A DNA stretch of 64,000 nt from Patescibacteria group bacterium (GTDB lineage Bacteria; Patescibacteriota; Patescibacteriia; Veblenbacterales; UBA10138), in contig JBAZQK010000005.1 of NCBI GenBank assembly GCA_041645215.1, forward strand, positions 23,562-87,561. The letters run 5' to 3'. The notes beneath the pieces are model-generated. The model was not told where the DNA came from and made no database searches. It worked only from the letters and a program-made list of their open reading frames with translations. Every line of letters starts with the position of its first letter. Position 1 is the first letter of the stretch. Shown one piece after another: positions 9,010 through 19,134 of this stretch. Position numbers and translations under genes: made by a program.

Positions 9010-10077
9010 TTACACACTAAACCTAAAATGGCAGACATCGCCGTCTTGTATCACGTAATCTTTGCCCTCAAGGCGGAATTTGCCGGCAGTTTTGGCGCCA
9101 GCCTCGCCGCCCGTGGCCACAAAATCATCATAAGATATTACTTCAGCCCGAATAAAACCGCGTTCAAAATCCGTATGAATCACGCCGGCGGCTTGGGGCG
9201 CCTTAGTTCCGGCTGTGACAGTCCAGGCGCGTGATTCTTCCGGCCCGGAAGTGAGAAAAGTTATCAGGTTCAATAATTTGTAAGCGGCGTGGATTAATTT
9301 ATCAAGCCCGCTTTCTTGGAGGCCTAAATCTTTAAGCATGGTGCGGGCTTCTTCCACTGGCAAGTCAGCCAGTTCAGCCTCAAGTTTGGCGGAGATGGCA
9401 ATAGCGGGCGAAATGGCCATATCAGCCGTCACTTCAATCTTTTCCTCATCTACATTTAGCACATAAAGCAGTGGCTTAGCGGTAAGTAAGGGTAATTCGC
9501 GCAGTAATTCCAGTTCAGCCTCACCCAGCGTCATTACCCGTATGGGCTGGCCGCCAGCCAGGTGAGTTTGCATTTTTTCCAAAATCGCTATTTGTATAAC
9601 AGCCAGTTTATCCTGACCGGTTTTAAGTTTTGGCTTGAGGGCGGCTAATCTCTTTTCCACCGTTGCCAAGTCAGCCATTACCAATTCCAAATTTATAACC
9701 TCGGCGTCAGATTTTGGGTTAACCTCGCCTGATACGTGGATAATATTTTTATCAGAAAACGCCCGCACCACTTGCACGATAGCGTTCACCTCGCGGATAT
9801 TGGCTAAAAATTGATTGCCTAACCCCTCGCCTTGGTGAGCGTTTTTAACCAAGCCGGCAATATCCACGAACTCAATCGTGGTGGGAATGGTTTTGGCGGA
9901 TGAAGAAATTTGCGTTAATTTATTTAATCTCTCGTCCGGCACCGCAACTACGCCGACATTAGGATCAATGGTGGCGAAAGGGTAATTCTCAATATGAACT
10001 TGCTGACGGGTTAGGGCCTTGAATAAGGTTGATTTGCCGACATTAGGCAATCCCACAATACCGATTTGGAAAGACAC
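9010..10077 (-). CDS. ychF: Redox-regulated ATPase YchF
   Basis: GIVGLPNVGKSTLF, NYPFATIDPN, DIAGLV..A..GEGLGNQFL, HTDFERGFIRAE. Confidence 0.97.
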   Translation of the reverse strand: MSFQIGIVGLPNVGKSTLFKALTRQQVHIENYPFATIDPNVGVVAVPDERLNKLTQISSSAKTIPTTIEFVDIAGLVKNAHQGEGLGNQFLANIREVNAIVQVVRAFSDKNIIHVSGEVNPKSDAEVINLELVMADLATVEKRLAALKPKLKTGQDKLAVIQIAILEKMQTHLAGGQPIRVMTLGEAELELLRELPLLTAKPLLYVLNVDEEKIEVTADMAISPAIAISAKLEAELADLPVEEARTMLKDLGLQESGLDKLIHAAYKLLNLITFLTSGPEESRAWTVTAGTKAPQAAGVIHTDFERGFIRAEVISYDDFVATGGEAGAKTAGKFRLEGKDYVIQDGDVCHFRFSV

Positions 10078-10083
10078 GTTAGT

Positions 10084-10228
10084 AAAGTTAAAAGTAAAAA
10101 ATCAAAAGTTAAAACTAGTGAAGGTTTTGCTTGCATCCCGCTCAGACGGAATAGTTACGATAAGCAACTAGCAGTTAAAATTTTTTAGTTTTGAGTTGTA
10201 GTTTTGACTTTTGCGATTTGAGTTTTGA
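10084..10228. repeat. Heptamer-arm inverted element
   Basis: AAAGTTA AAAGTAA AAAATCA AAAGTTA left arm and TTTTGAG TTGTAGT TTTGACT right arm. Confidence 0.65.
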
Positions 10229-10300
10229 CCTGTTCTTTTATTTACTCTACCTTATTTTGACGGTTTGGCAAATTTGGTCTAACCGCCTTATACTGTATTT

Positions 10301-10756
10301 ATGATTAAAGTCGTGCTTGATACCAATGTGTTAATTAACGCCGACCGCGGCGAATTTAGTTACCCCAAACGGATTTTGGATTTGGTTTTGACTGGCCAGA
10401 TTAGGGCGATTATTACTCATCAAGTGCGACAAGAGAATCAATTGTTGGTTGAGCGGTTAATAAACGATGAACGACTTAAGCGGAGCATTATGAGTTATTT
10501 ATCTATGGCTACGGTAGTTAAGCCGGTTAAAGTTAAGGTTGAAATAGACGACCACGAAGATATTAAGTTATTGGCGGCGGTCATGGCAGGTGAGGCTGAT
10601 TGGCTGATTACTGATGACCGGCATTTGTTGGATGTTGGCCATATTAATAACAGTAAAATAGCAACTCCGGCTGATTTTTGGGCGTGGTGGCAAAATCAAG
10701 ATAGCCAGGCAGATAAAACTTGGCAAGAGTGGGCCAAAAATTTATTCCGCCATTAA
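10301..10756 (+). CDS. PIN-domain protein (putative toxin component)
   Basis: VVLDTNVLI, D.EDIKLLAAV, WLITDDRHLL. Confidence 0.85.
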   Translation: MIKVVLDTNVLINADRGEFSYPKRILDLVLTGQIRAIITHQVRQENQLLVERLINDERLKRSIMSYLSMATVVKPVKVKVEIDDHEDIKLLAAVMAGEADWLITDDRHLLDVGHINNSKIATPADFWAWWQNQDSQADKTWQEWAKNLFRH

Positions 10757-10773
10757 ACAAATCAGCGTTGTAG

Positions 10774-12585
10774 TTAGTTGGCTTCGTCCCGGGTCTGTCG
10801 GCGGGCGGCGGTTTCATCCAAAATAGTTTTGCGCAGGCGGATGTTTTGCGGCGTTACCTCTACCAATTCGTCGTCGCCGATATATTCCAAAGCGTCTTCC
10901 AAATCCATATCGCGAGGTTTGTCAAAATGTTCAGCCGAACCATCGCCTTTGGAGCGCATATTAGAAAGCTGTTTGGTTTTGCAAACGTTAACTCTTAAAT
11001 CGCCGCGTCGCGAGTGCTGGCCGACTATTTGACCTTGGTAGACTTTGAGGGCCGGTCCGACAAACAAAATACCTCGGTCCTGCACGTTTAACAGGCCATA
11101 GAGGTTAGTAATGCCGGCGGCGTAGGCTACCAGCGAGCCCTGTTCACGCTCGCGCCAGTTTCCCGGGTCAGGTTGAAAATCATAAAATAAACTATTCATA
11201 ATTCCCAAACCGCGAGTGTCAGTAATAAATTCGCTGCGGAATCCCAGCAGACCCTTAGTCGGAATAACAAATTCCAATGAGGCCAAGTTGTTGTCAATTT
11301 TCATTTCTTTCATTTCGCCCCGGCGAATGCCTAATTTTTGAATGACAATGCCGGCATAAGTTTCAGGAATCTCAATAAACACCTGTTCATAAGGCGTTAG
11401 AGTTACGCCATCAACGGTTTTGTTTATTACCTGGGGCCGTGAAACTTGCATTTCATAACCTTCGCGGCGGAGGCGTTCAATAAGAATCGCTAAATGTAAT
11501 TCGCCCCGACCCGATACCGTCCAGGCGGCCGCCTCAACTTCTTCCACGCGCAGGGCCACATCAGTTTCTAATTCCTTGAACAAGCGCTCCTTAATTTGTC
11601 GTGAAGTACAGTATTGGCCCTCTTGTCCGGCAAAGGGTGAATTGTTAACACTAACGGTAAGTTTTACGGTCGGTTCTTCAATTGTCAGTAACGGCAAGGC
11701 TTGAGGATTAGCCGGGTCGGCAATAGTTTCGCCAATAGTTATGTCTGGTATGCCGGCAATGGCCACAATATCGCCCGCCGTCGCCTCGGTGGTTTCAATT
11801 CGTTCCAGGCCGTTAAAAGTCATAAGCGAGAGCAGACGATAGGTGTCAAGTTCGCCGGCGCGATTAATATGGGCCACGGTTTGTCCGGCTTTTATAGTGC
11901 CGTGGAATATTCGGCCGGTCGCGATCCGTCCTTTAAAAGTATCAGCGCTTAGAGTGGTAACCAGCATTTGCAGCGGTTCGGCTGGATGGCCCGAGGGAGC
12001 CGGGACATTAGCCAGAATAGCTTCAAAAATCGGCGCGATGTCAGTCATTTTGCTTAAGTCGGCCGCGGTGCCGGCTAAGCCTTGCCGGGCCGAGGCGTAC
12101 ACCACCGGAAAGTCCAAGGAAGCGTCATCGGCTCCCAATTCAACAAATAAGTCAAAGGTTTTGTTAAGGGCTTCGTCTGGCCGGGCGTCGGCTTTGTCAA
12201 TTTTATTTATAACCACAATAATTTTAAGTTTCATTTCCAAGGCGCGGCGCAGGACAAAGCGGGTTTGCGGCATCGGCCCCTCTTTGGCGTCAATTAATAG
12301 TAAACAGCCATCGGCCAAAGTGAGCACTCGTTCCACCTCCCCGCCGAAGTCGGCATGTCCCGGCGTGTCAATAATATTAATTTTGGTGTCGTGCCATATA
12401 ACCGAGGCGTTTTTAGAAAAAATTGTAATACCACGTTCCTTTTCCAGTTCGTTGCTGTCCATAATTAAGTTGGTGTTCTGCAGTTCCTTGGTTAGTTTGG
12501 TGGCGGTTTGCCGCAACAAAGCATCCACTAGTGTGGTTTTGCCGTGGTCAACGTGCGCGATGATGGCTACATTCCGAATCTGCAT
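10774..12585 (-). CDS. typA: Translational GTPase TypA/BipA
   Basis: [51 protein letters not shown]. Start at ATG 12585. Confidence 0.97.
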   Translation of the reverse strand: MQIRNVAIIAHVDHGKTTLVDALLRQTATKLTKELQNTNLIMDSNELEKERGITIFSKNASVIWHDTKINIIDTPGHADFGGEVERVLTLADGCLLLIDAKEGPMPQTRFVLRRALEMKLKIIVVINKIDKADARPDEALNKTFDLFVELGADDASLDFPVVYASARQGLAGTAADLSKMTDIAPIFEAILANVPAPSGHPAEPLQMLVTTLSADTFKGRIATGRIFHGTIKAGQTVAHINRAGELDTYRLLSLMTFNGLERIETTEATAGDIVAIAGIPDITIGETIADPANPQALPLLTIEEPTVKLTVSVNNSPFAGQEGQYCTSRQIKERLFKELETDVALRVEEVEAAAWTVSGRGELHLAILIERLRREGYEMQVSRPQVINKTVDGVTLTPYEQVFIEIPETYAGIVIQKLGIRRGEMKEMKIDNNLASLEFVIPTKGLLGFRSEFITDTRGLGIMNSLFYDFQPDPGNWREREQGSLVAYAAGITNLYGLLNVQDRGILFVGPALKVYQGQIVGQHSRRGDLRVNVCKTKQLSNMRSKGDGSAEHFDKPRDMDLEDALEYIGDDELVEVTPQNIRLRKTILDETAARRQTRDEAN

Positions 12586-12618
12586 AATATTCTCTAGCTC
12601 CGAGTTACGCCATCCGCT

Positions 12619-12716
12619 GTGAGCGACTTGCCCCGCCAACGGCGGTGGCTTGCCCCGTGCCCTCCGACATTACGTCGGAGTGGTGCGGGGTGATGGCGAC
12701 GTTTGGGTATATTCAT
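12619..12716 (-). pseudogene. Disrupted duplicate of the typA 5' end (..NVAI|IAH) split by a 64-bp palindromic insert
   Basis: Removing 12627-12690 restores AAC GTC GCC ATC ATC GCT CAC downstream of ATG AAT ATA. Confidence 0.75.
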
Positions 12717-12931
12717 ACGGAATATTTCTGAGCCTATTAGATGCTTTAATAAAAAATCCCCGTTGACGGGGTATTAAATTAATTAATACGATATGATAAT
12801 AGGCATTTTATAAGGTTTTGTCAATGGCAGTCAAGATAATTATGAAGATGAATCGAAGTTGATAATAATTTTTAGCAAATCAAAACCCCGTCCCGATGTA
12901 CATCGGGACGGGGTAGTTTAAAGTCTGTATT

Positions 12932-13291
12932 TTACCAACGACTGCCGCCGGAGTTACCGCCGCCAAAACCGCCGCGATTACCGCCGCCAAAACCGCCGCG
13001 TCCGCCGCCGCGATTAAACCCGCCGCTGCGCGGAGGCCGGTCGGCCAATGGTCGGGCCTCGGTGACCACGATAGTGCGACCTTCAAACTCTTTGCCATTG
13101 AACATTTCAACAGCCTTAGTCGCTTCGTCGTCGCTAGTCATTTCCACGAAACCAAAACCACGTGAACGGCCGGAAGCCCGGTCGATAACGATAGTGGCGG
13201 TTTCAACCGCGCCAGCTTGAGAAAAATAAGTCTTTAACGATTCATCGGTAGTGCCATAAGACAAGCCACCAACATATAACTTTTTCGCCAT
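12932..13291 (-). CDS. RRM RNA-binding protein with Gly/Arg-rich tail
   Basis: KLYVGGL (RNP2), RSRGFGFVEM (RNP1), RGG tail. Confidence 0.95.
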   Translation of the reverse strand: MAKKLYVGGLSYGTTDESLKTYFSQAGAVETATIVIDRASGRSRGFGFVEMTSDDEATKAVEMFNGKEFEGRTIVVTEARPLADRPPRSGGFNRGGGRGGFGGGNRGGFGGGNSGGSRW

Positions 13292-13442
13292 AGTATTTTC
13301 TTTCTAACCTAATAATAGTAGGTGTAAGGCGACCTTTTTCGCTTGACTTCTCTTTGCCTGCGGCCTTGTGGCAGCATTCACCTTGGGCACGGATTGACGT
13401 GATTGGGTTAGAAAGAAAACGGGCGAAGTTCACTTACATCTG
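13292..13442 (-). promoter_or_regulatory. Long structured 5' leader of the RRM gene
   Basis: TTGACA...TAAAGT promoter at about 13477-13452 on the minus strand. A perfect 14-bp pairing 13406-13419/13296-13309 covers the initiation region. Confidence 0.55.
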
Positions 13443-13569
13443 GCTTTTATGCTACTTTATAAACCCGATTTTGTCAAGATAGCGATAATGATGCCATAAT
13501 TGAGCGTCAACGGGAAGTTAAAATGTTATTTGGAAATTTTATTTAGCCAAGATGCCATAATGGGTTTAA

Positions 13570-14967
13570 TTAGAATATTTTGGTTAGTAACAAGGACCAC
13601 AAAGTTATCGCGCTAAACACGCCAAAAAACAAAAATATCACCAGCATAATCAGGCGACGCCACCAGACCGGCTGGAGTACTTTTGGTAATAACTTACGGT
13701 TCATGAAATTAACCATGAAGATATGAACGAACATCGCCACGGCGTTAATAACCGCCCCGGTCACGATTAAAGTTTTTGGTTCATAAATATTAAGCAAGAA
13801 TAGAATGATACCAAAAGCGACTTGCGCCCACACAAAAGTAAAGTAAATTTTAGACAAATTAATTTCGCCGTGGCGGCCGATTTTTTTAAGCGCTAAATTT
13901 TCGGCCATAATCCGCGAGGTTGAATCCATAACTCCTAATTGGGTTTGCCACAGCATAATCGCCACCACTAGTAAAAACAAAACACCGATTAGCGGCAATA
14001 AAGTTTGGCCGATTATACGCCCCTCGTTAATGACAAAGTTAATACCTTGCGCGTTGCCGGGTAAGCCATAGGCGGTCGTGTAGCTAAGTACCATCAGCAA
14101 AAACATACCAACCAAACCTAAAAACCAAAAGACGAGCAAGTGTTCCAGATTGATTTTTTTCCACCAGGCTTTAAAGTTTTTTAGATTTTCTGCGGTCAGG
14201 TCAAAATCCTCGCCGCTTAGTTTAATAGTTTGTTTTTGTTTAAGGTTTTTAAACAGACCGGAAATTTTTTGGGCGTAATAACCCATGCCGTAGCCTTTTT
14301 CTTTAATATAAATTGATTGCGTAAGGTTAAGATTGCCGCCGGCGCCGGAGTAGGCGAAGGCCGCCAGGAAGGTGGCCAAGCTTAGGCCTTCCGGCAACCA
14401 GCGATAGCCTTGGCCAATCCCGATTAAGCCCTTGCCCAATTCCAGCCAATCAGTACCGCGACTTAAGATGACTGCTAATATAAAAATTAACGGCAAGCCG
14501 ATAAATATTATAGTGCGGGTTATTTTTTCCATTCGCTCATAAACCGTTTGCCCCGAACTAAGAATAAAGCCGATTAATATTAAGAATGTTATAGCTATCC
14601 ACTTAAAATTAGTGAGGCCCAGGAGACCGGCAAACACTTTGGCCGCCGCGGCAATGATTCCCGGCAAACCAAAACCTAAAAAAGTGGAAATTATAAACCA
14701 CCAGGCGGCCCACGGCCAGATTTTATTTAAACCTACAAACACGCTTTCACCCTTTACCAGCGCGTAGCGTTCAATTTCCATATTGATAAAGAATTGAAAG
14801 GTAATGCCCAATAGCGCCCCCCAGGCAATACCCAAACCAACATTGCTGGTTAAGTACGGCCACAGTATTACCTCACCCGAACCAAAACCCAGCGCCAGTA
14901 TGATAAAACTCGGGCCTAAGATTTTTTTAAGCGGTATGTTAGCCGGCGGAAAGGGTTTATTGGACAT
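13570..14967 (-). CDS. Nramp-like divalent metal transporter (APC fold)
   Basis: LGPSFIILALGFGSGEVILWP, IERYAL, about 11 TM helices. Confidence 0.8.
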   Translation of the reverse strand: MSNKPFPPANIPLKKILGPSFIILALGFGSGEVILWPYLTSNVGLGIAWGALLGITFQFFINMEIERYALVKGESVFVGLNKIWPWAAWWFIISTFLGFGLPGIIAAAAKVFAGLLGLTNFKWIAITFLILIGFILSSGQTVYERMEKITRTIIFIGLPLIFILAVILSRGTDWLELGKGLIGIGQGYRWLPEGLSLATFLAAFAYSGAGGNLNLTQSIYIKEKGYGMGYYAQKISGLFKNLKQKQTIKLSGEDFDLTAENLKNFKAWWKKINLEHLLVFWFLGLVGMFLLMVLSYTTAYGLPGNAQGINFVINEGRIIGQTLLPLIGVLFLLVVAIMLWQTQLGVMDSTSRIMAENLALKKIGRHGEINLSKIYFTFVWAQVAFGIILFLLNIYEPKTLIVTGAVINAVAMFVHIFMVNFMNRKLLPKVLQPVWWRRLIMLVIFLFFGVFSAITLWSLLLTKIF

Positions 14968-15197
14968 AAATTCGTAATTTAAATAAGAGTAGCCTGCTTT
15001 GTAGTAAATATGCTTTTTAAGTATATTAGCTAGATGCGACGGAGAACGTCGCGGGGGAAATATTACAAATAATCCCTTTGATTGGGGGTGATAGTGGAAT
15101 GATTTTTATGTAGTTTTTAAGCGTCACCCCGGCATTGGTGTATTCTTCGTCAGTATCAATTCGGGTGATTATTTCGTCAAAGTATAAATGATTCATA

Positions 15198-15593
15198 TTA
15201 CTTTGTTGGTCGCGGATATAACCACACCAGTACGCCGGTAAAAACAAATCCCAAAATTCCCTCAGTTACAGTTTGCACGGCTTTGTCCGGCGCGCCCAAG
15301 GCAGCAAAGTCAACTTTATAAATAATAAAAATACTAAACAGGCTGGCTATAAACGAGACGCCAATTATTACTTTTAAAATGTCTATATTTTTAACCGGGT
15401 CACGCGCCACAGTTAGGAGCAGGCTGGTTACAATAATAGCCGCTAGCGCAATAACCGAATCGTGGTAAGGGGTGTATAACCGGCCATCGTAAAAGGGGAA
15501 TATAGTTAACCCCCACCAGTGTGCCATGGCGCCGATTAAATAATACAGCGCCCCTAAGACTAAAACGATTTGCAGTAGTTTAAGTTTATTCAT
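15198..15593 (-). CDS. Hypothetical membrane protein
   Basis: 131 aa with 4 TM segments. Confidence 0.75.
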   Translation of the reverse strand: MNKLKLLQIVLVLGALYYLIGAMAHWWGLTIFPFYDGRLYTPYHDSVIALAAIIVTSLLLTVARDPVKNIDILKVIIGVSFIASLFSIFIIYKVDFAALGAPDKAVQTVTEGILGFVFTGVLVWLYPRPTK

Positions 15594-15682
15594 ACAAGTA
15601 AGCTTATCACAAGATTGGTGATTATAAAAAAATCCCGCTGTGATTTAAGCGGGATTTTGTGGCCATGGGCCACAGGGGAAAA

Positions 15683-17293
15683 TTATTTTAGATAATAGTT
15701 TAACCGGCGCCAGAAGGCCGGATTTTTGTTGTAATCAATAGTACCGTGCATAAAATATTCAGTACCATCGGAAAATTTTAATTTGTTTTTTAACTTTATT
15801 AATTGGCCATTAGAAAATTCAACCATGAACAATGAATCAGGAAATTGTTTTAGCAATTTTACAGCCGGATTATCTTTTTCCAGGTTGATTTTCAATTTAC
15901 CGGTTGCGGTAACAAGATAAGTCGGATAAACACCGGCGGCTAACGTAGGGTAATCATCATTCGGCAGAATTGGTGTTTTGCTGGTTACACCGGCAATGGG
16001 ATAAGGCCCAATGTAAGAATCGTACCAGTAGGGTACTTGGCTTATGGGTAACGGCTTCCAGCCATTGGCCTGTAACATGTCAAAAGCTTTATTTAAGTAT
16101 TTGCCTTGACAGCTTTTGTCAGCCAATTCACCAATTTTTTTATTGAATTCTTTAAGCCAACAGATTATATCGTTGAACTCAATTTTTACCGGAAACGGTT
16201 TATTAATCAACTTTATTTGGAATAACCAACTAGTGAACAAATCTATGTTTAAACCATTTTCCTGTAAGAATAGCCAGAACATATAACCTTTGTTGTAAGC
16301 TGTTTCAAATTTACTATCGCAGAAAGGATTAAGACGCAGGTTATTGCAATTTTGAGCAAGTTTTGCTCGATAGGCCATTATTGACAGCCAGCCCGCAAAG
16401 TAATCTTGGGGTGTGTATTTCATAGCCAGAAAGGTCACCAATCCTTCAATTAAGGCGATAGAGTTAGAAGTATGAAAACGTCTGTCGCTCATGGCATATT
16501 CTTTGGCTCCAATTGAGCGTCCCCATAGACTGTGCATTACTTCGTGAAATACTCCTTGTTCCGCTAGGTTATGATAGTAAAAACTGGTTACTACATAAGG
16601 AGAGTTAAAATGTTCCAGCCCGAACATTGGTTCACTTATATAGTGAATCAGGCCGTATTTAGCTCCTCCGTAATTTTGCACTCTTTTATGCCAATAAGTT
16701 GGAGCTACTTGGCCAATGTTAGCTATGGCTTTATCAGTCGCCGCCATAACGTCGTTTAGTTTTGAATGGGTAAGACTGTCTTGCCAGCAATAAACCACGG
16801 TAATTGAATCCACTTTATTGAGTGCTGACGGTTTTATTTGGTATTTGTCTTTTTCCAAAAGATACATGGGAAATTCTCTGCCGGTATCATAATTGGGAAA
16901 GCATACCTTGGCTTGTTTACCCGTCCACATTTTTCCATACCAGAATAAATCAACCCCTTTTGGTATATTTACTGTTACCGAGAGTTTTTGGTTCATATTT
17001 TTGGGCACTGGTCCGGAGCTTATGTGAAAAATGATGGATTTTCCTATTTTGCCGGAACCTGATTCGCGTTTGAACGGAAATAACCTGGCTTGATATGTTT
17101 TGGACTTTACTTTTTTAAAAGTAAGAGATGTATCTATCCAATGGTTTCCGGTTGTGAATTGAGGAAACGCCACATTTTTTGTTGTCAATTTTACCGTAAC
17201 CGTATTATCAGTAAAACTGACAAGCATTCTGTTCTGACCGAAAATGTTTATTGCGGCCAAAACAATAAGACAAAACAATAATTTGCTTTTCAT
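15683..17293 (-). CDS. Secreted gluzincin metallopeptidase (M61/M1-like)
   Basis: Signal peptide ending FG|Q. GLEH, HEVMH and a downstream EG third ligand, then YNKG. Confidence 0.7.
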   Translation of the reverse strand: MKSKLLFCLIVLAAINIFGQNRMLVSFTDNTVTVKLTTKNVAFPQFTTGNHWIDTSLTFKKVKSKTYQARLFPFKRESGSGKIGKSIIFHISSGPVPKNMNQKLSVTVNIPKGVDLFWYGKMWTGKQAKVCFPNYDTGREFPMYLLEKDKYQIKPSALNKVDSITVVYCWQDSLTHSKLNDVMAATDKAIANIGQVAPTYWHKRVQNYGGAKYGLIHYISEPMFGLEHFNSPYVVTSFYYHNLAEQGVFHEVMHSLWGRSIGAKEYAMSDRRFHTSNSIALIEGLVTFLAMKYTPQDYFAGWLSIMAYRAKLAQNCNNLRLNPFCDSKFETAYNKGYMFWLFLQENGLNIDLFTSWLFQIKLINKPFPVKIEFNDIICWLKEFNKKIGELADKSCQGKYLNKAFDMLQANGWKPLPISQVPYWYDSYIGPYPIAGVTSKTPILPNDDYPTLAAGVYPTYLVTATGKLKINLEKDNPAVKLLKQFPDSLFMVEFSNGQLIKLKNKLKFSDGTEYFMHGTIDYNKNPAFWRRLNYYLK

Positions 17294-17475
17294 TTTTTCT
17301 CCGAGTTTTTAAGGTTGTTTTTTGGTTTTAGTAACTGTGTATATTAATATTGATTTGTTTTGTTGTCAATACCGTGTCGCGGCATACCGGGCATTGACAT
17401 TTTGTATATATTGAACTATTATAACTTGCTAGTCTCAAATAAATAAATTCTAAAACAAAAATAAAGGGTGTTGTT

Positions 17476-17823
17476 ATGGCACAGATTACATTTAAAAACA
17501 AAAAAGGTATCTTTATATTGAAAATTGAGGGGGAGTTTACAGACTCAACTTCAACTAAAGAATTTAGTAATCAGGTGGAAAAATATGTTGAGGAGTGTAA
17601 AGATAAAAAAATCACTCCAAAAATAATTATTGATTTAGAAAAAGTTCATTTTATGAACGCCACTGGTTTAGGAGTGTTAATATGGGCTTTTACAAAAACT
17701 AAAAATTTGAATGGTAAAACAATTCTCGTAAATCCAAGTGAAAAAGTTGTTAGTTTGTTAACTATTACAAAACTGATTACCGTATTTACGGTTACCTCAA
17801 TGGAAGGGGCCTTAAAGATCTAA
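17476..17823 (+). CDS. STAS-domain anti-sigma factor antagonist
   Basis: IIIDLEKVHFMNATGLGVLI, LLTITKLITVF. TTGACA promoter at 17394. Confidence 0.85.
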   Translation: MAQITFKNKKGIFILKIEGEFTDSTSTKEFSNQVEKYVEECKDKKITPKIIIDLEKVHFMNATGLGVLIWAFTKTKNLNGKTILVNPSEKVVSLLTITKLITVFTVTSMEGALKI

Positions 17824-17988
17824 AAAAATAGTTTAAAATTTTCTCTGAATGTCCAGAAAGGGGTGATTAATTTGCCCCTTTTTAATTTGGTGAGCCTGTG
17901 TCTTTAGCGTAGCCGGGGGTGTTTAAAAAATTAAAACAATTTTGATTTTTATATAGAACAAGGATAAACTAAAGGCATTATAAGCAAT

Positions 17989-18996
17989 ATGAATCTTAAC
18001 CAAACAACGGGTTATTTGCCGGTGGTGGCCGCTTTGCTCGGAAATATTATAGTCATGGTGATAAAATTCCTGGCCGCCCTTTTTTCCGGTTCTGTGTCCA
18101 TGTTTTCCGAAGCGGTTCACAGCTTAGCCGATACTTTAAATCAGACTTTGCTGATAATAGGCTTGCGCCGTTCTTTAAAAAAGCCGGATGAAGTTTTTAC
18201 CTATGGCTATGGTTATGAACGTTTTTTCTGGGCTTTGATATCAGCCTGCGGCATTTTCTTTATTGGCGCCGGTATTACAATTTATCGCGGCGTAATGGCC
18301 TTGCTTGAGCCGAAAGAAATTATAGTTCAGCCTTTGGTATTTATAGTTTTGTTAATTGCTTTGGCGGTTGAATCCGTAACTTTTTTATTGGCGGCCCGGG
18401 AGTTAAAACGTCATTACCCCGATTTGTCTCGGTGGCAAAGATTGCGGGTAGGCGACCCCTCCACCTTGGCCGTTTTATTGGAAGATGGCTTGGCGATTTT
18501 GGGAGTTATGATCGCGACTACGGCCATCGGCCTGACCTATTTAACCGGCAGCTATGTTTGGGATGCCGTGGGTTCAATAATCATTGGTATATTCTTGGGA
18601 GTAGCGGCGGTTGTATTAATTATGAAAAACAAGGGTTACTTGATTGGTAAATCTATACCCGAATCTATGCAGGAGAAAATTATTGAATTGTTGGAAGCTG
18701 ATCCGGCGATTGAAAAAGTATTGAATTTTCAATCCAACGTGCTGGACGTGGGCATTTATCGCGTTAAGTGTGAAGTAGAATTTAACGGTTCAGTGTTATT
18801 GAAAGAGATTTATAAAAAAAGTTCTTTGCGCGCGCAGTATCAGGAAGTTAAAGACGATTATGAGGAGTTTAAAAGGTTTTGCGTGGATTATGCCGACCGC
18901 ATTCCGAGGTTAGTGGGCAAGAGAATTGATGATTTGGAAACCAAGTTAAAAAAAGATTATCCCGGTATAAAATATATTGATATTGAAATTAATTAA
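17989..18996 (+). CDS. Cation diffusion facilitator family transporter
   Basis: MFSEAVHSLADTLNQ, YGYGYERFFWAL, LLED, WDAVGSIIIG. Confidence 0.9.
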   Translation: MNLNQTTGYLPVVAALLGNIIVMVIKFLAALFSGSVSMFSEAVHSLADTLNQTLLIIGLRRSLKKPDEVFTYGYGYERFFWALISACGIFFIGAGITIYRGVMALLEPKEIIVQPLVFIVLLIALAVESVTFLLAARELKRHYPDLSRWQRLRVGDPSTLAVLLEDGLAILGVMIATTAIGLTYLTGSYVWDAVGSIIIGIFLGVAAVVLIMKNKGYLIGKSIPESMQEKIIELLEADPAIEKVLNFQSNVLDVGIYRVKCEVEFNGSVLLKEIYKKSSLRAQYQEVKDDYEEFKRFCVDYADRIPRLVGKRIDDLETKLKKDYPGIKYIDIEIN

Positions 18997-19005
18997 AAAA
19001 TATTA

Positions 19006-19047
19006 TTAACAAACTCGTTCACCCGCAAAGGGTGAACGAGTTTGTTA
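19006..19047. terminator. Long-stem terminator-like hairpin
   Basis: TAACAAACTCGTTCACCC GCAAA GGGTGAACGAGTTTGTTA. Confidence 0.6.
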
Positions 19048-19087
19048 TGGCGGAAGGAGTGCCCACCTGCCGGTAGGCAGGGAATTC
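19048..19087 (-). pseudogene. tRNA-Ser-like 3'-end fragment interrupted by a CCCACCTGCCGGTAGGCAGG palindrome
   Basis: TGGCGGAAGGAGTG resembles the 3' end of tRNA-Ser(GCT) at 21439 (TGGCGGAAGGGATG). Confidence 0.5.
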
Positions 19088-19134
19088 TTCCTCGCCCAGG
19101 CACATAGCCGGGGTGCGTCATTCCCAGCCGCGGT

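Noticed and set aside
15026-15196. Short ORF MNHLYFDEII...
   Set aside because: No recognisable family. It may be a gene remnant but is not supportable as a feature.
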